From positions 29,326,001 through 29,390,000 of the forward strand of contig NC_043005.1 of the NCBI RefSeq assembly GCF_006345805.1: a stretch of DNA of 64,000 nucleotides. Direction: 5' to 3'. The translations under genes and the position numbers were made by a program. The notes beneath the pieces were generated by a model. That model searched no databases. It was not told where the DNA came from and saw only the letters and a list, made by a program, of their open reading frames with translations. Shown here piece after piece: positions 36,421 through 48,250 of the stretch (the first letter of the stretch is position 1; the number at the start of each line of letters is the position of its first letter). Source of the stretch: Octopus sinensis (Eukaryota).

Positions 36421-37069
36421 AGGTAAAATATGAAACTGTTATAAATTTGGAGAGGAGACATAACACATTTAGGAGCGATGTTACACAAATGTAAACGTAG
36501 TGAAGAGACATCACACATATCTGGAAACGTCTAGAACAAACGTTACACTGATGTAAACACACAAAAGAGATAATGCATAGCTGTTAACACGGTGAGTTGA
36601 TATTACATCTGTAAACATTACAAAGATATCACATAAAAGAGAGATATTAAACGGCCGTAGAGGAGATATTTTATAAAACTCGTCGAGAGAAAGAACAAGG
36701 CTGTAAACGTCAAATTGAATTTATATAACTGTTGTAAATCCGTATGAAGAGAAGATATTACACTATTAGAAACATTTAGAAATGGTACTACCACTGTTGC
36801 AAAACATTAAGGATCGCTATTACATAAATGTAAAGATATCACAACGTAACAATTTTCAAAAAAAATCTTTTAATTGTATTTTTTTATTGCTTATCAATCC
36901 AATTTTTCTGCTGATTCCAAAAATGAAATTATTTTTTGTGTATCATCAACAGTTAAGAAAATATGTCGACTTTCAATATTATTATGTATTCGGTATTATA
37001 ATGTTCCGCTACTAAATGTATGTCTAATTTTCTCTTTCAGATCAATTACTAAGTTCTGCTGCTTTCAGG

Positions 37070-37960
37070 ATGGCTACTAGAGTATGTAAAAATTCTCCAG
37101 ATACATTTTGCTATGTGTGGGTATTATATTGGAAAAAAAGCAGGTATTACATAAGATCGTGAAAGGTGCCAAATTGTGGATAGCGTACAGACTCTATTTC
37201 GGAATGCCCATGGGTGACTAGGACAAATTATGGGCCCCACATGTGATATGTGGAAACTGTCGATCTACTCTAGAAGGATGGTTAAGAGGTACAGGAAGGC
37301 CAATGCCTTTTGCCATTCCAAGGGTATGGAGAGAGCCAAAGAACCATCAAGATGACTGTTACTTTTGTATGATCGATGTGACAAAGTACAGAAAAGTGAA
37401 AGGAAGACAAGCTCTTCAGTATCCAGACGTACCATCATCTAGAGCACCTGTCCCACATAATGACAGTTTATGAGTATCACTACCACCAGAAAATATTTCA
37501 TCTGAAGAGTCAACAAGTAGCAGCAGCCAAGAAATGGAGGAAGCTTTCGTACCAAGAACGACTTCGGAGCCTCACTTTCCAAATCAGAGTGAGCTAGATG
37601 ATTTAATCAGGAATCTGGGTCTTACTAAGTCAGGAGCTGAACTTCTTTCATCAAGGTTGAAGGAATGGAATCTACTGGGGGAAGACTGAAAGACATCTCG
37701 TACTGGAAACGCCATGAAGAATTTGAAATTTACTATGAAAATATTAATGACCTGTGTTATTGTAAAACTGTGATTGGTTTGTTTACTGCTATTGGACTCA
37801 AGCATGATTCTGCAGAATGGTGACTCTTCATAGATAGCTCAACACGAAGTCTCAAAATAGTGTTGCTCTGTAATGGAAATAAATATCCTTCTTTGCCTCT
37901 TGCACACTCCAATGTCAAAGAACTTCTCGACAAAATAAATTATTCTGAGTTCAAGTGGGT
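37070..37960 (+). pseudogene. Chapaev3-like (CMC group) transposase N-terminal half, decayed
   Basis: MATRVCKNSPDTFCYV…YFGMPMGD*DKLWAPHVICGNC…WLRG…IPRVWREPKNHQDDCYFC…YPDVPSSRAPVPH; later ELDDLIRNLGLTKSGAELLSSRL and LFIDSSTRSLKIVLLCNGNKYPSLP. Family name assigned from memory of these motifs. Confidence 0.7.
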
Positions 37961-37961
37961 C

Positions 37962-38200
37962 TGTGTTTGTCCAACATCACTGTATGATAACTGGTGTTGG
38001 TGTATTTACGTTACCGAACTTAGCGGTTCGGCTAAAATGACCGATAGCATAAGTACCAGTACCATAAAATGACCGATAGCATAAGTACCAGTCTTAAAAA
38101 CAGAAATAAGCCCTGGGGTCTATTCGTTCGACTGAAAGTTCTCTGAGGCAGTGCTCCAGCATGGCCATAGTCTAATATGAGTGAAACAAGTAAAAGATAA
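37962..38200 (+). mobile_element. SINE family A tail, with a ~32-bp internal tandem duplication
   Basis: AAAATGACCGATAGCATAAGTACCAGT occurs twice in tandem (~38035-38093). Truncates the Chapaev3 remnant. Confidence 0.75.
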
Positions 38201-38924
38201 AATATGGAGGCCTGATATCACACTGTTGTGAGAATTAAGGAGATATATTACAGTTTTGTGAATAGAAAGTAAAAATATTACAAAGCTTTGAAAATTATGA
38301 AGTGATATTAACCTTTAGCACGCTATAGGTGCATCATGTCACCGTATCAGTTTTCTCCCATGTAGTAACAGGGCAGTGGGAGGGGAAACAATGCTAGAGA
38401 AAATGCAGTGGGCTAAAGGTTAAATGACTGTAAGTATGGGAGGGGATGGACACCTAGTTCTAAATATAGCAATGTGATATTCCACAATTTTGTACAGCGA
38501 TGACGAAGAGGTATTGTATTGTTCTAAGTATTTAGCAGGGACAGTATACGTTTGTAAATATTTACAACAGATATTAGGGAGCTGAAACATTGAAAAGAAA
38601 TATTACAATATTCTCAACATGGAGAACAGATATTGGATTCTGCAGAACAATGAGAAGAGTTATAAGAACAAGGTTGTATAATACTTGAGTGTAATATTGT
38701 TGTGAAGGATTCACGTTATTAATAGAGAGTATACAGTTGTATATATAAGGATAAGTATTGTTTAATTATAAACATGGGAAGATTTCGCCGCTCGTGATTT
38801 GGAAACGATTGTGCGTGCGTGTGTACGCGCGTGCGTAGGCGTTATTGCACTCCTGCAAATATAGAGAAATGGTATTAAACGGTAAACCTTTTAGATATAG
38901 AGAAAGGATTTTGTTTTCTTTTAG

Positions 38925-39290
38925 ACTCTTATTTGATTCAGTCATGCTGGAACATTGCCTTGTAGTATTAGTCGAAGAAACTGACTCCAGCCTGGCCTTA
39001 TTTTCAGCATTTCAATCAGTCTTTTTTGATGATCAGCTAATTTATGGTTCGGAAACAAACCAACACAGGCTGTCAAGCGATGAGAGAAAAAGCATGAACA
39101 CACACACACACACACACATGTATATATGCATATACGACAAGCTTCTCCACAGTTTTCGTCTACGAAATTCATTCACAAAGGATTGAGCAGCCCGGGGCTA
39201 TAATAGAAGACAGCTGCTCAAGGTACTGTGCAGCGTGACTGAACTTGAGATGTTGTTTTGAAGCGAACTTCTGAACCATACAGCCATCTG
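38925..39290 (-). mobile_element. SINE family A, diverged
   Basis: Reverse complement of head and tail segments. Confidence 0.75.
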
Positions 39291-39403
39291 TGCTGTCGGT
39301 ATCTATGTATATTACAAATTAAAAACATTATTCTACAATGTTTATATACATAAACCATTCCCTGATACTTCCTTTTCGGATTTATGATTTACTGATGATA
39401 TAT

Positions 39404-39700
39404 ACTAGCTGGTGTACCCGGTAATTCCCGGGGGTAAAGCTGTTCTATCGAAACGCCTTATTACTATGATATAAGAAAGCAATTTCGTTATAACTGCCAA
39501 AAAAAGGTGTATTTTCCGACGCGAAAAAGTACAAAAAACTGTCAGCTGGAGAAGGAAGAGATTGTTGGAGGTTGGTGAGAGAGTTTTTCGGAGGTTGGCG
39601 AGAGGTCCTCGGAGGTTGGCGAGAGGTCGTCGGAGGTTGTCGAGAGAGGTTGTGGGAGGTTGGCGAGAGGTTGTCGGAGGTTGCGTGAGAAAAGTGCTGT
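39404..39700 (-). mobile_element. Helitron-like 3' terminus with internal ~21-bp minisatellite
   Basis: Minus strand ends CCCGG(GAATTA)CCGGG-TACACCAG-CTAGT (GC hairpin, then CTAG). Six GGAGGTTG.CGAGAGG… units at ~39567-39690. Confidence 0.5.
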
Positions 39701-40397
39701 TGAAGTGTTAAGTGAAATTTGGCAATCGAGGATCGAATCCACGCTATGCCTGCATGAAGCCACTACAAACACGTTGTGGAATAAAGATTTATCTACTGTC
39801 ATGGAAAAAGTGTAACTGTAAAAAGCAGAATTATCGGGGTATTGGGCATTCAAAAAAGTATGTATGTGTAGAAATGTAAGAATGAAGTCTTTGAGGTTTA
39901 AGATTCAAATCAAGGAAGTGCAATAATACTGTTTAGCAGTTCAAAACTGAGTAGTGAAATTAGGTCTGCTGTTTGTGAGAATCAAATATTGATCGCTTCG
40001 CTAAAAACTGCAGGTGGAATGGGTTATTTCCCTTGAGTTGTTTAAATAAAATATTAGTAATATGTAGTAAATAGAAGGATCCATTGGAGGGGTCCTATCA
40101 TCGTTTTTTTTTCAACAATTTAAGCATGTCAAGAGGTTTCCAGACATGAGTTCTACTCACGTGTCAAATAAAGTATAAAAGTAATATTGTCTGCAAAAAT
40201 TAGAAATTGGATAGACAAAAAAATCAATATTCAAAGTAATCGAACATAAAGAATGAAACGTGTAAAATATTTCTAAATACGATGGCTCAATTAGTTTCAT
40301 GAAAATGTAAATAAACAATAAATATTATGATTTGCAAAATAAGTATAAGTGATACAGGCTGTCCCAACGGAATGTGGTGTGGAAGTTTGATTTCATT

Positions 40398-40578
40398 TTT
40401 TAAAATTCCACCGAGGTCGACTTTGCCTTTCATCCTTTCGGGGTCGAAAAATTAAAGTACCAGTTACGCACTGGGGTTGATGTAATCGACTTAATCCCTT
40501 TGTCTGCCCTTGTTTGTCCCCTCTATATTTAGCCCCTTGTGGGCAATAAAGAAATAAGGAAACTAAAAGAAGCCCGTC

Positions 40579-40629
<51 letters not shown>

Positions 40630-40840
40630 CATATATATGTGTGTATGTGTTTGTCCCCTCAAAATCGCTTGACAACCGATGCTGGTGTGTTCACTTCCCG
40701 TCTCTTAGCGGTTCGGCAAAGAGAGACCGATACAATAAGTACTAGGCTTACAAAGAATAAGTCCTAGGGTTGATTTGCGCGACTAAGAGTGGTGCTCCAG
40801 CATGGCCGCAGTCAAATGACTGACACAAATAAAAGAAAAA
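40398..40840 (+). mobile_element. Chimeric SINE: family B (40398-40558) joined to a 5'-truncated family A
   Basis: The B 3' end …GTGGGCAATAAAGAAATAAGG runs directly into A-internal GAAACTAAAAGAAGCCCGTCG. Confidence 0.8.
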
Positions 40841-40882
<42 letters not shown>

Positions 40883-40885
40883 GAA

Positions 40886-41137
40886 GGATATATCTAAAGT
40901 CAAACCAAATCCAATTAATGATATTTTGTATGCATTTAGTACGTACGTACAAGATAATTATGCAATAGGTGAAAAATGAATTTCATTTAAGGCATATAAA
41001 AATATTTTGCTATGTCTTAACTGAGGAAGAGTTTGCGAAAAAGGTGAAATTCCCTTTTTACATGTTGCGCAATTATCTGATACGTACCTACTAAATGCAT
41101 ACAAAATATTACTTAGTTTGGTTTTATCTTTATCCCT
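40886..41137. mobile_element. MITE with ~95-bp imperfect TIRs
   Basis: ATATTTTGTATGCATTTAGTACGTACGTA…AGATAATT is matched by AATTATCT.ATACGTACCTACTAAATGCATACAAAATAT. Confidence 0.8.
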
Positions 41138-41281
41138 AATACGACTCTGTCCTGTGCAAGCTAGCCAGTCCTAAATACATTCACATGGATACTATAACAA
41201 GAATTTGGGGCTGTAAATTCTATTCGACTCGAGTCGGAAGTTCTGGTAACGTGCATCGCTTCTAAGCATAACATAAATCAA

Positions 41282-41326
<45 letters not shown>

Positions 41327-41467
41327 TATGCAGGACCTTCTTAAGGTTTATTTAAAGGATGATGGTTAAAACAAGGTGCTATCCTTTACAACCTTGCTAC
41401 CAAGATGGCGGCCAGTCAAGATTTACTCTGAATAAAAAAAGAAAGAGGAGAAAACATATATACAATA

Positions 41468-41852
41468 GGGGCAGGAGTGGCTGTTTGGTAAGTAGCTTGC
41501 TTACCAACCACATGGTCCTGGGTTCAGAAGATACTTGCCCAAGGTGCCACGCAGTGCACCTTGGACAAGTATCTTCTACTATAGCCTCGGGCCGACTAAA
41601 GCCTTGTGAGTGGATTTGGTAGACACAAACTGAAAGAAGTCCGTCGTATATGTGTGTGTGTGTGTGTTTGTCTCCCAACCATCGCTTGACAACCGATGTT
41701 GGCGTGTTTGTGTACTGTAACTAAGCGGTTCGGCAAAAAGGGATCGATAGGATAAGTACTAGGCTTACAAAGAATAAGTCCTGGGGTTGATTTGTTCGAG
41801 TAAAGGCGGTGCTCCTGCATGGCCGCAATCAAATATCTGAAGCAAATAAAAA
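41468..41852 (+). mobile_element. SINE family A
   Basis: Full head/microsatellite/tail, with a small internal deletion in the head. Confidence 0.88.
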
Positions 41853-42646
41853 TAAAAAAAACCCCAAAATATACAGACTTTAACTGATTTCTTTATCGAT
41901 TGTCACGTTAGCTTTACAGTATGTCTTCGACTGTTCATGTTATTTCTAACAGCAAACATAATCAGCGAATTTTCTAATGGTTCTCAAGTCTCTCTCTATC
42001 TCTCCCGCTCTCTCTCCGTCTCTCTCTTTTTTCCTCTCTCTCTCTCTTTCTCATTAGCATAAAGTCATGGTGAAAATATTTACCTTGCTCTCTATTCCAC
42101 TTGACCTGGTTTTCTAGAAAATAATCCATTTGAAAATGCAGAAAGTCATATTTTCAATCGACACTCAGTCTAAGTTCAGAACACATGGAAAACTATGGAA
42201 GCTCTCAATCAGATTATTAACCGTTTCTTTTGTATGTATATAAACAAAGTTCCAAACAATAGGCTTAAATATTTGTCAAGTTTCTAACTGAAGAAAAACT
42301 TGTCTCTAAGGTCTTCTTCCTCTTCTTTCTTTCTTTGCAAACGAAACACAACAACAACAACAAAAAATCGCAAATTATGAACTTAAACGTTTTTGTTGAC
42401 CTGCAATTACACGCACGCACACACTCACACACACACATACACACACACACACTTATATGTATGAGTGTGTGTATGCATATATATATGTATAACACACACA
42501 CTCTCACACAAACACACACACAAACACACATACAATCACACAAACATACACACACGCATTCACACAAACACACTCACACAATCACACAATCACACACATA
42601 TATATATACATATATACATACACAGGGATTAATAACAAGGGATTAA

Positions 42647-42834
42647 TACAGTTCTATATATAAGAGATGAGGAATTATGTACATTATTTACGTTATTTAC
42701 TTTTGACGGATATTTGTCCTCGTCTTGTTTGTTGTTAGCGCAACGTTTCGGCTGATATAACTTCCAGCCTTCATCAGGTGTCTTGGGGAAATTTCGAACC
42801 TGGGTTCTCATTGCTAAGGTATTTTTCGATATTA

Positions 42835-42887
<53 letters not shown>

Positions 42888-43120
42888 GTTGTTGTTGTTG
42901 CTGTTGTTGTTGTTATTATTATCATTATTATTAATCTTATTATTATTATTCCGGTCACTGCTTGGAATCGAACTCGCAATCTTGGGGTTAGTAGACCTTC
43001 GCTCTTAACCAATACGCCATATGCCCGTGGGCTGGAGGGTATATCAGCCGAAACGTTGTGTTAACAACAAACCAGATGAGGACAAATACCCGTCAATTGT
43101 AAATAATGTAAATAATGTAC
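42647..43120 (-). mobile_element. tRNA-headed, hammerhead-bearing short element (copy 1) with inverted terminal duplication
   Basis: Minus strand: A box TGGCGTATTGG, B box GAGTTCGATTCC (43020-42960), (AAT/AAC)n, HHR motif 42782-42737, tail ending …TATATAGAACTGTA. A plus-strand partial tail copy at 43029-43120. 11-bp direct repeat ACAAGGGATTA at 42635 and 43119. Confidence 0.8.
42737..42782 (-). ncRNA. Minimal type-I hammerhead-like motif
   Basis: GACAC-CTGATGA-A-GGCTG(10 nt)CAGCC-GAAAC-GTT-GCGCT. The sister copies have GTGTT here, restoring stem I with GACAC. Confidence 0.6.
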
Positions 43121-43194
43121 AAGGGATTAGTAATACTTCTGTAGCTCTCTCTAGATGATAATTCCCCAGGCTAACAAAAATGATTTGTGATCGG

Positions 43195-43619
43195 TATTGT
43201 ACTCCAAGTAATCCGAAATCAAAATCCGTCACAGTCAAATGTTTATATCCATGGTTCCGTTAACAAACTGAGATGGTAATTTGTTTTTGCAGACTGAAAA
43301 AAAAATGAAAAAACCCACCAAAAACAACAAAACCGAAGGCAGTTGCTTTGCCTCGGCTCTGGAGAAGATAGCTCAGGATGGCGGTTCTCCAGATTTCCAG
43401 TCGATCAATTGATAAGATTGAACCATGAACACACCAAAAGGCACGTCTGAAACAGCTGTAAGCTCATAATAAATTGATAAATGTGTAAAACCCATTATTT
43501 CTGTCTATTTTATGTATCATTCTTTAAAAATACGTGCCATCTTCAGATGGTAACGGAACCATAGATTTACAAATTTGACTTGTGATAGACTTTGATTTCG
43601 GATTACCTGGAGTACAATA
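43195..43619. mobile_element. MITE with ~85-bp TIRs
   Basis: TATTGTACTCCAAGTAATCCGAAATCAAA…ATGGTTCCGTTA is matched by its reverse complement at ~43535-43619. Confidence 0.85.
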
Positions 43620-43637
43620 AGAAAAAAATGTTTGGAG

Positions 43638-43689
43638 GACAGTATCAGACGACAGTATCAGACGTCAGTATCAGATGATAGTATCAGAA
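43638..43689. repeat. 13-bp minisatellite x4 (GACAGTATCAGAC)
   Basis: Direct reading. Confidence 0.9.
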
Positions 43690-43939
43690 GGCACGCGGCG
43701 GCTACTTGCACGGGTAGTCGAGCGTGTATCAACTGAATTCCTACATTTACAGCTAAGATTTCTATCATTATGGTTGTTGGGTGTACCGACACAATCACCT
43801 TGTCCTGTATAAATGCTTATATCATTTATGTTGTTGTTGTTGTTCTTCTTCTTATTATTATTCTTAATAGCAATGTCAGGCAGTGGAGGATTTTGAAGAT
43901 ATGGATTTTATTTCCAGTAAGATGGGGTACCTCCCACAC

Positions 43940-44240
43940 TACCATAGTAACGTAAGGGTCTACCTTGATGCGATTTTGCCGAACGGGTGGATTGGACGGA
44001 GATATGCAGTAGCATACTCTCCACGTCCACCGGAGCTCATAACATTGGACTTTTTAATGGGGAATACGTTAAAGATAAAATTTACATGACAAAACGGCAA
44101 CAATCAATGAACTGAGGACGACCATCGAACAAGAATTCACATAAGTATCGAACAAAATGTTTCTTGATGTTTACGAATCCATTGCTTCGCATTAGCAGCG
44201 ACGTCTGGACCAGAATAGTCATTAGTTTGAAAACAGGCAT
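43940..44240 (+). pseudogene. Decayed DD37D/maT-like Tc1-mariner transposase C-terminus
   Basis: YLDAILPNGWIGRR…YSPRPPELITLDF…TINELRTTIEQE, resembling 'P.rWIGR.g…WPpRSPDLtplDF'. Confidence 0.65.
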
Positions 44241-44667
44241 TGATAGAAAAATTAAATTCTGTCTATATATTCTATAAAATTTTGAAAATGAAATTTATTC
44301 TAATACACTGTTATTTCATAATCATTCAATGTGTGTATATATGGTGGTGGTGGTGGTGGTGGTGGTGGAAGAACAATCTGCACACACATATATTTATATA
44401 AATGTTTACATATATGTGTGGGTGAATGTTCGTGCGTGCATACATAAACACAAACACACAAATCTATATGACACAGCAGGAATCGTCTGTAAAATCTATT
44501 TGAATAAAAGTCCTTCTTTAAGCTTGGATAAATTATTTGTGATGACACACCAGTAAATGGGTATCGAAATAATACAAATAAAAAGCCGCAAGCATAACAA
44601 AAGGACAACAACTATAACAACACAAACACAGACTACACGAAAAGCCACCCAAATAATATAATATAAT

Positions 44668-44705
<38 letters not shown>

Positions 44706-44724
44706 ATAAACACATACACACGCA

Positions 44725-44767
<43 letters not shown>

Positions 44768-44992
44768 AGTATATATATGTATACGCACGCACACACACAC
44801 ACACACACGCACACATACACAAAAGGTTACACATACATATATGTGTGGGCTTAATGATATCTATAGTCCAAAGTCCAAGTATTCGACAGCAAAAATTCAA
44901 CAGAGACCGCCAAACATAAACATTCGCCTCCACATATAAAAACACACGCCATCATTCCAGCCATGATAACACTGACAATTTGATATACACGC

Positions 44993-45080
<88 letters not shown>

Positions 45081-45119
45081 ACTGTCTGTCTGTCTACACA
45101 CACACACACACACACACAT

Positions 45120-45520
45120 GCTCTTTACTCTTTTACTTGTTTCAGTCATTTGACTGTGGTCATGCTGGAGCACCGCCTTTAGTCGAGCAAATCGACCCCA
45201 GGACTTATTCTTTGTAAGCCGAGTACTTATTCTATCGGTCTCTTTGCCGAACCGCTAAGTTACGGGGACGTAAACACACCAACATCGGTTGTCAAGCGAT
45301 GTTGAAGGGATAAACACAGACACACAAACACACACATATATATATACATATAAACGATGGGCTTCTTTATGTTTCCGTCTACCAAATCCACTCACCAGGC
45401 TTTGGTCAGCCCGAGGCTATAGCAGAAGACACTTGCCCAAGGTGCCACGCAGTGGGACTGAACCCGGAACCATGTGGTTCGTAAGCAAGCTACTTACCAC
45501 ACAGCCACTCCTACGCCTAT
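45120..45520 (-). mobile_element. SINE family A, low divergence
   Basis: Near-exact reverse complement of the 21043 copy. Confidence 0.92.
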
Positions 45521-45723
45521 ATATACAAAATATGGGGGTTTAATTCGCAGGTGATCTAAACGATTAGGTACGCTGGGTAAGCGCTGTAACGAATTGCTAG
45601 GGCTCCAAGGTTAGAGCCAAGACGGTAGTTATGGAGCCGTTGCAGATTTCCGACATAGCGGATATATAATTGTTAAAGAGGACAACAAAGACTTTGAAGT
45701 TTTTCCAATAATAATAATGTATA

Positions 45724-46072
45724 CAAAAGCCTTGTGAGTGGTTTTGGTAGTCGGAAACTGAAAGAAGCCCATTGTATATATATATATATATTAAACTTTT
45801 ATTAAACTTTTAATACTTTGATATATATTTAAAATAATATAAATTAATTAATTAATTTTATGTATTGGCTTATGTTTTTCATTGTTTGATTTGCCTAATA
45901 GTGGTTTATCTCTAATTTAATATTAAATATATATATATATATATAATATATATGTGTGTGTGTGGGTGTGTGTGTGTGTGTGTGTGTGTGTCTGTTGTGT
46001 GGTGGGTATGCGTGTGTGTGTGTCTTTGAGTCAGTGTATGTCTCCCGCCAGCGCTTGACAAGCGAAGCTGGT
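45724..46072 (+). mobile_element. SINE family A, 5'-truncated with expanded internal AT tract
   Basis: AAAGCCTTGTGAGTGG…GAAACTGAAAGAAGCCC…GCTTGACAA…GCGGTTCGGCA. Confidence 0.75.
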
Positions 46073-46134
46073 GTGTTTACGTTCCCGTAAATTTGCGGTT
46101 CGGCATCTCAAGCCAAAGCAAGTTTATTCTTTAG

Positions 46135-46357
46135 TTCCATAATGAACTTGCTTTTGATATGCTGATACGCGTCTGGGAGGAATTCTCTTATCGCATTGGT
46201 GCTTCCTGTGCTGCAGGTGGTGGCCACACCGAACCCTTGTAAGACAGGAAATAAAAGTTGGTTGTAAACAAATACTTGTGACTAAGCTGGAGTTTTCTAT
46301 TGCTTTTCCTTATTAAAATATTGCGTAACGAAATCGGTTCATTCTTTTTGAACAACA

Positions 46358-46360
<3 letters not shown>
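46135..46360 (+). mobile_element. Right end of a DD37D/maT-like transposon
   Basis: DMLIRVWEEFSYRI…GGGHTEPL* (stop 46240-46242), then TIR-like …AAATCGGTTCATTCTTTTTGAACAACACTG abutting a TA tract. Confidence 0.7.
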
Positions 46361-46391
<31 letters not shown>

Positions 46392-46784
46392 CACGTATGC
46401 TGAAACATTTTCTTGTTTTCTTAAAGAAGGATTTCATTGTTATTTAAAAAGAAAATCGCTCCTTCCTATCTGCTTTCGTTGCTTCGAGTTGAGCTTTCTT
46501 TTCTTATGACTTTTCTCTTTTTTTCTTTTTATATTTTCCTCTGTAATCACTTCTTGCACATCACACAATGAAGATGTGATGTTATATGTTCAGACTGTTA
46601 AGAGACGAGGTTTTTGTTTTTCTGTTTGTGATACTAGCCCTAATGACACTTCGTTTACCAGATCCAGACTTTTGTCTGATTTTGCTCTCAAAACCGATTT
46701 GTTTGTGTTGCTGTTGCTCTTCCTTGTTTTTGTTCTCCTTATTTATATTTAGTTTTCTTTCTGGGTCGTGTCTATATGTCCTTT

Positions 46785-46972
46785 ATTGCAAGGAGAGGGG
46801 TGCAGTCGATTAGATCGACCCCAGTGCGTAATGGGTACTTAATTCATCGACCACGAATGGACGAAAGGCAAAGTCGACCTCGGCAGAATTTGAACTCAGA
46901 ACATAAAGACAGACGAAATACCGCTAAGCATTTTGCCCGGCATGCTAACGTTTCTGTCAGCTCACCACCTTC
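46785..46972 (-). mobile_element. SINE family B
   Basis: Reverse complement of the 34882 copy. Confidence 0.85.
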
Positions 46973-48084
46973 TTTAATCAAAGTATTGGGGACACAAATG
47001 TATAATTATAGGTACGACTGATAATTTAAGCTTGTTTTTTGGTTGCACCCCCAGTTTCAAAGATATAGCAAATGGCGTCGTAGCTTTTTTATCCTTTTCC
47101 AACTGAGGTAATTTCTCACGATATGTTAAAGAGCTTGTTGTAGTAATACGAGAGGCCATTTAGAGCCCTTCCCTCTTTTCCTTGACAGAAATATATATAT
47201 ATAAGTTTTCTCTTCACCTTCTGTTTTATCTCCAGGAACCAAAAAATGTTGTTGGGTTTTTCTAACATCCTCCCAACTACTTTTCTTTTCTTGTAACTGT
47301 AATACGGCCAAAAATTCTGTCCATTTAGTATTGAGAGAAAGCCTATCTTTCTTTACACAGCTTCTATATGAACGAGCCGTAGTGTCTGGAATTTTATATA
47401 TGAATTACTAATGTTGTTGTTACCATCACTGTCTTCCAAATTACTTATTTGAGCATTTGAGACATTTTCTTCTCTTAAATGTTCGGTATACTGCTTATTT
47501 TGTTCTTCCTTTGTTGATTTCGTAGTGATTTGATATTGTATTGTCTTTTAGCCGTTATAGGATTTCGTCATGTTACATAATTGTGTATAAATAAAATTTA
47601 AAAGTTTGTGAAGCAAACTCTTTTTTTTTTCTGCTGACTATCTCACCAGGTAGCAAAAGAAGCCTTTCTTTAGGCAATTATAATAAGTATTTCAAATAAA
47701 ATTTCCTTTGGTAATGCTTGAATAAAAAAAAACTCGTTTCGAAGGGAGAGTCAAACAATAGCAAAATTATCTTTATTAGCCTCACAAACTTAAGGTGTCA
47801 GAGAAAAATATGTGAAATATGGGAGTTACGGAGATTCCTAGTTGTTGTTTCTTTATATTTTTCTGTGTCTCTCGTGGCTAAAAAGAAATTAGTAATCGAC
47901 TTGACTGAAGTTTGGTTTTAGTTCTTATGCGGGTAGCGGGTTACTACTTGTAAACTTAGATATCCATAAGCTTTTACTAATCTTCCAAGTGCTCAAAATT
48001 CTTCTGATAATCTTTCCTGTTATTGAGGTCAACTTTCTGTAGAAGACATTCTGCATGAAAGACATTTCATGCCAATCTCCCTCA

Positions 48085-48250
48085 ACGTATTTCTTTACTA
48101 CCCACAAGGGGCTAAACACAGAATGCACAAACAAGGACAGACAAAATGGATTAAGTCGATTACATGGACCCCAATGCGTAACTGGTACTTAATTTATCGA
48201 CTCCGAAAGGATGAATTTAAACTCAGAACGTAACGGCAGACGAAATAAAT
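48085..48250 (-). mobile_element. SINE family B, truncated
   Basis: Core plus 3' end …GTGGGTAGTAAAGAAATA. Confidence 0.8.

Larger units (their letters stand above)
34380..38780. repeat. Ancient, highly degenerate ~27-30-bp tandem array interrupted by younger insertions
   Basis: Recurrent unit resembling GAGATATTACACAGCTGTAAACATGANGAA in blocks ~34380-34580, 35400-35870, 36430-36850 and 38200-38780. Confidence 0.55.

Noticed and set aside
39567-39690. Regularly spaced ~21-bp repeats (and the 13-bp repeats at 43638) as a CRISPR-like array
   Set aside because: Contiguous tandem units with no unique spacers, in a eukaryotic context with no cas genes. These are minisatellites.
42955-43026. tRNA-like sequences (here and at 5445, 6070, 21043, 34882 etc.) as tRNA genes
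   Set aside because: They have A/B boxes but no clean acceptor stem and are fused to multi-copy repeat bodies, so they are SINE heads.
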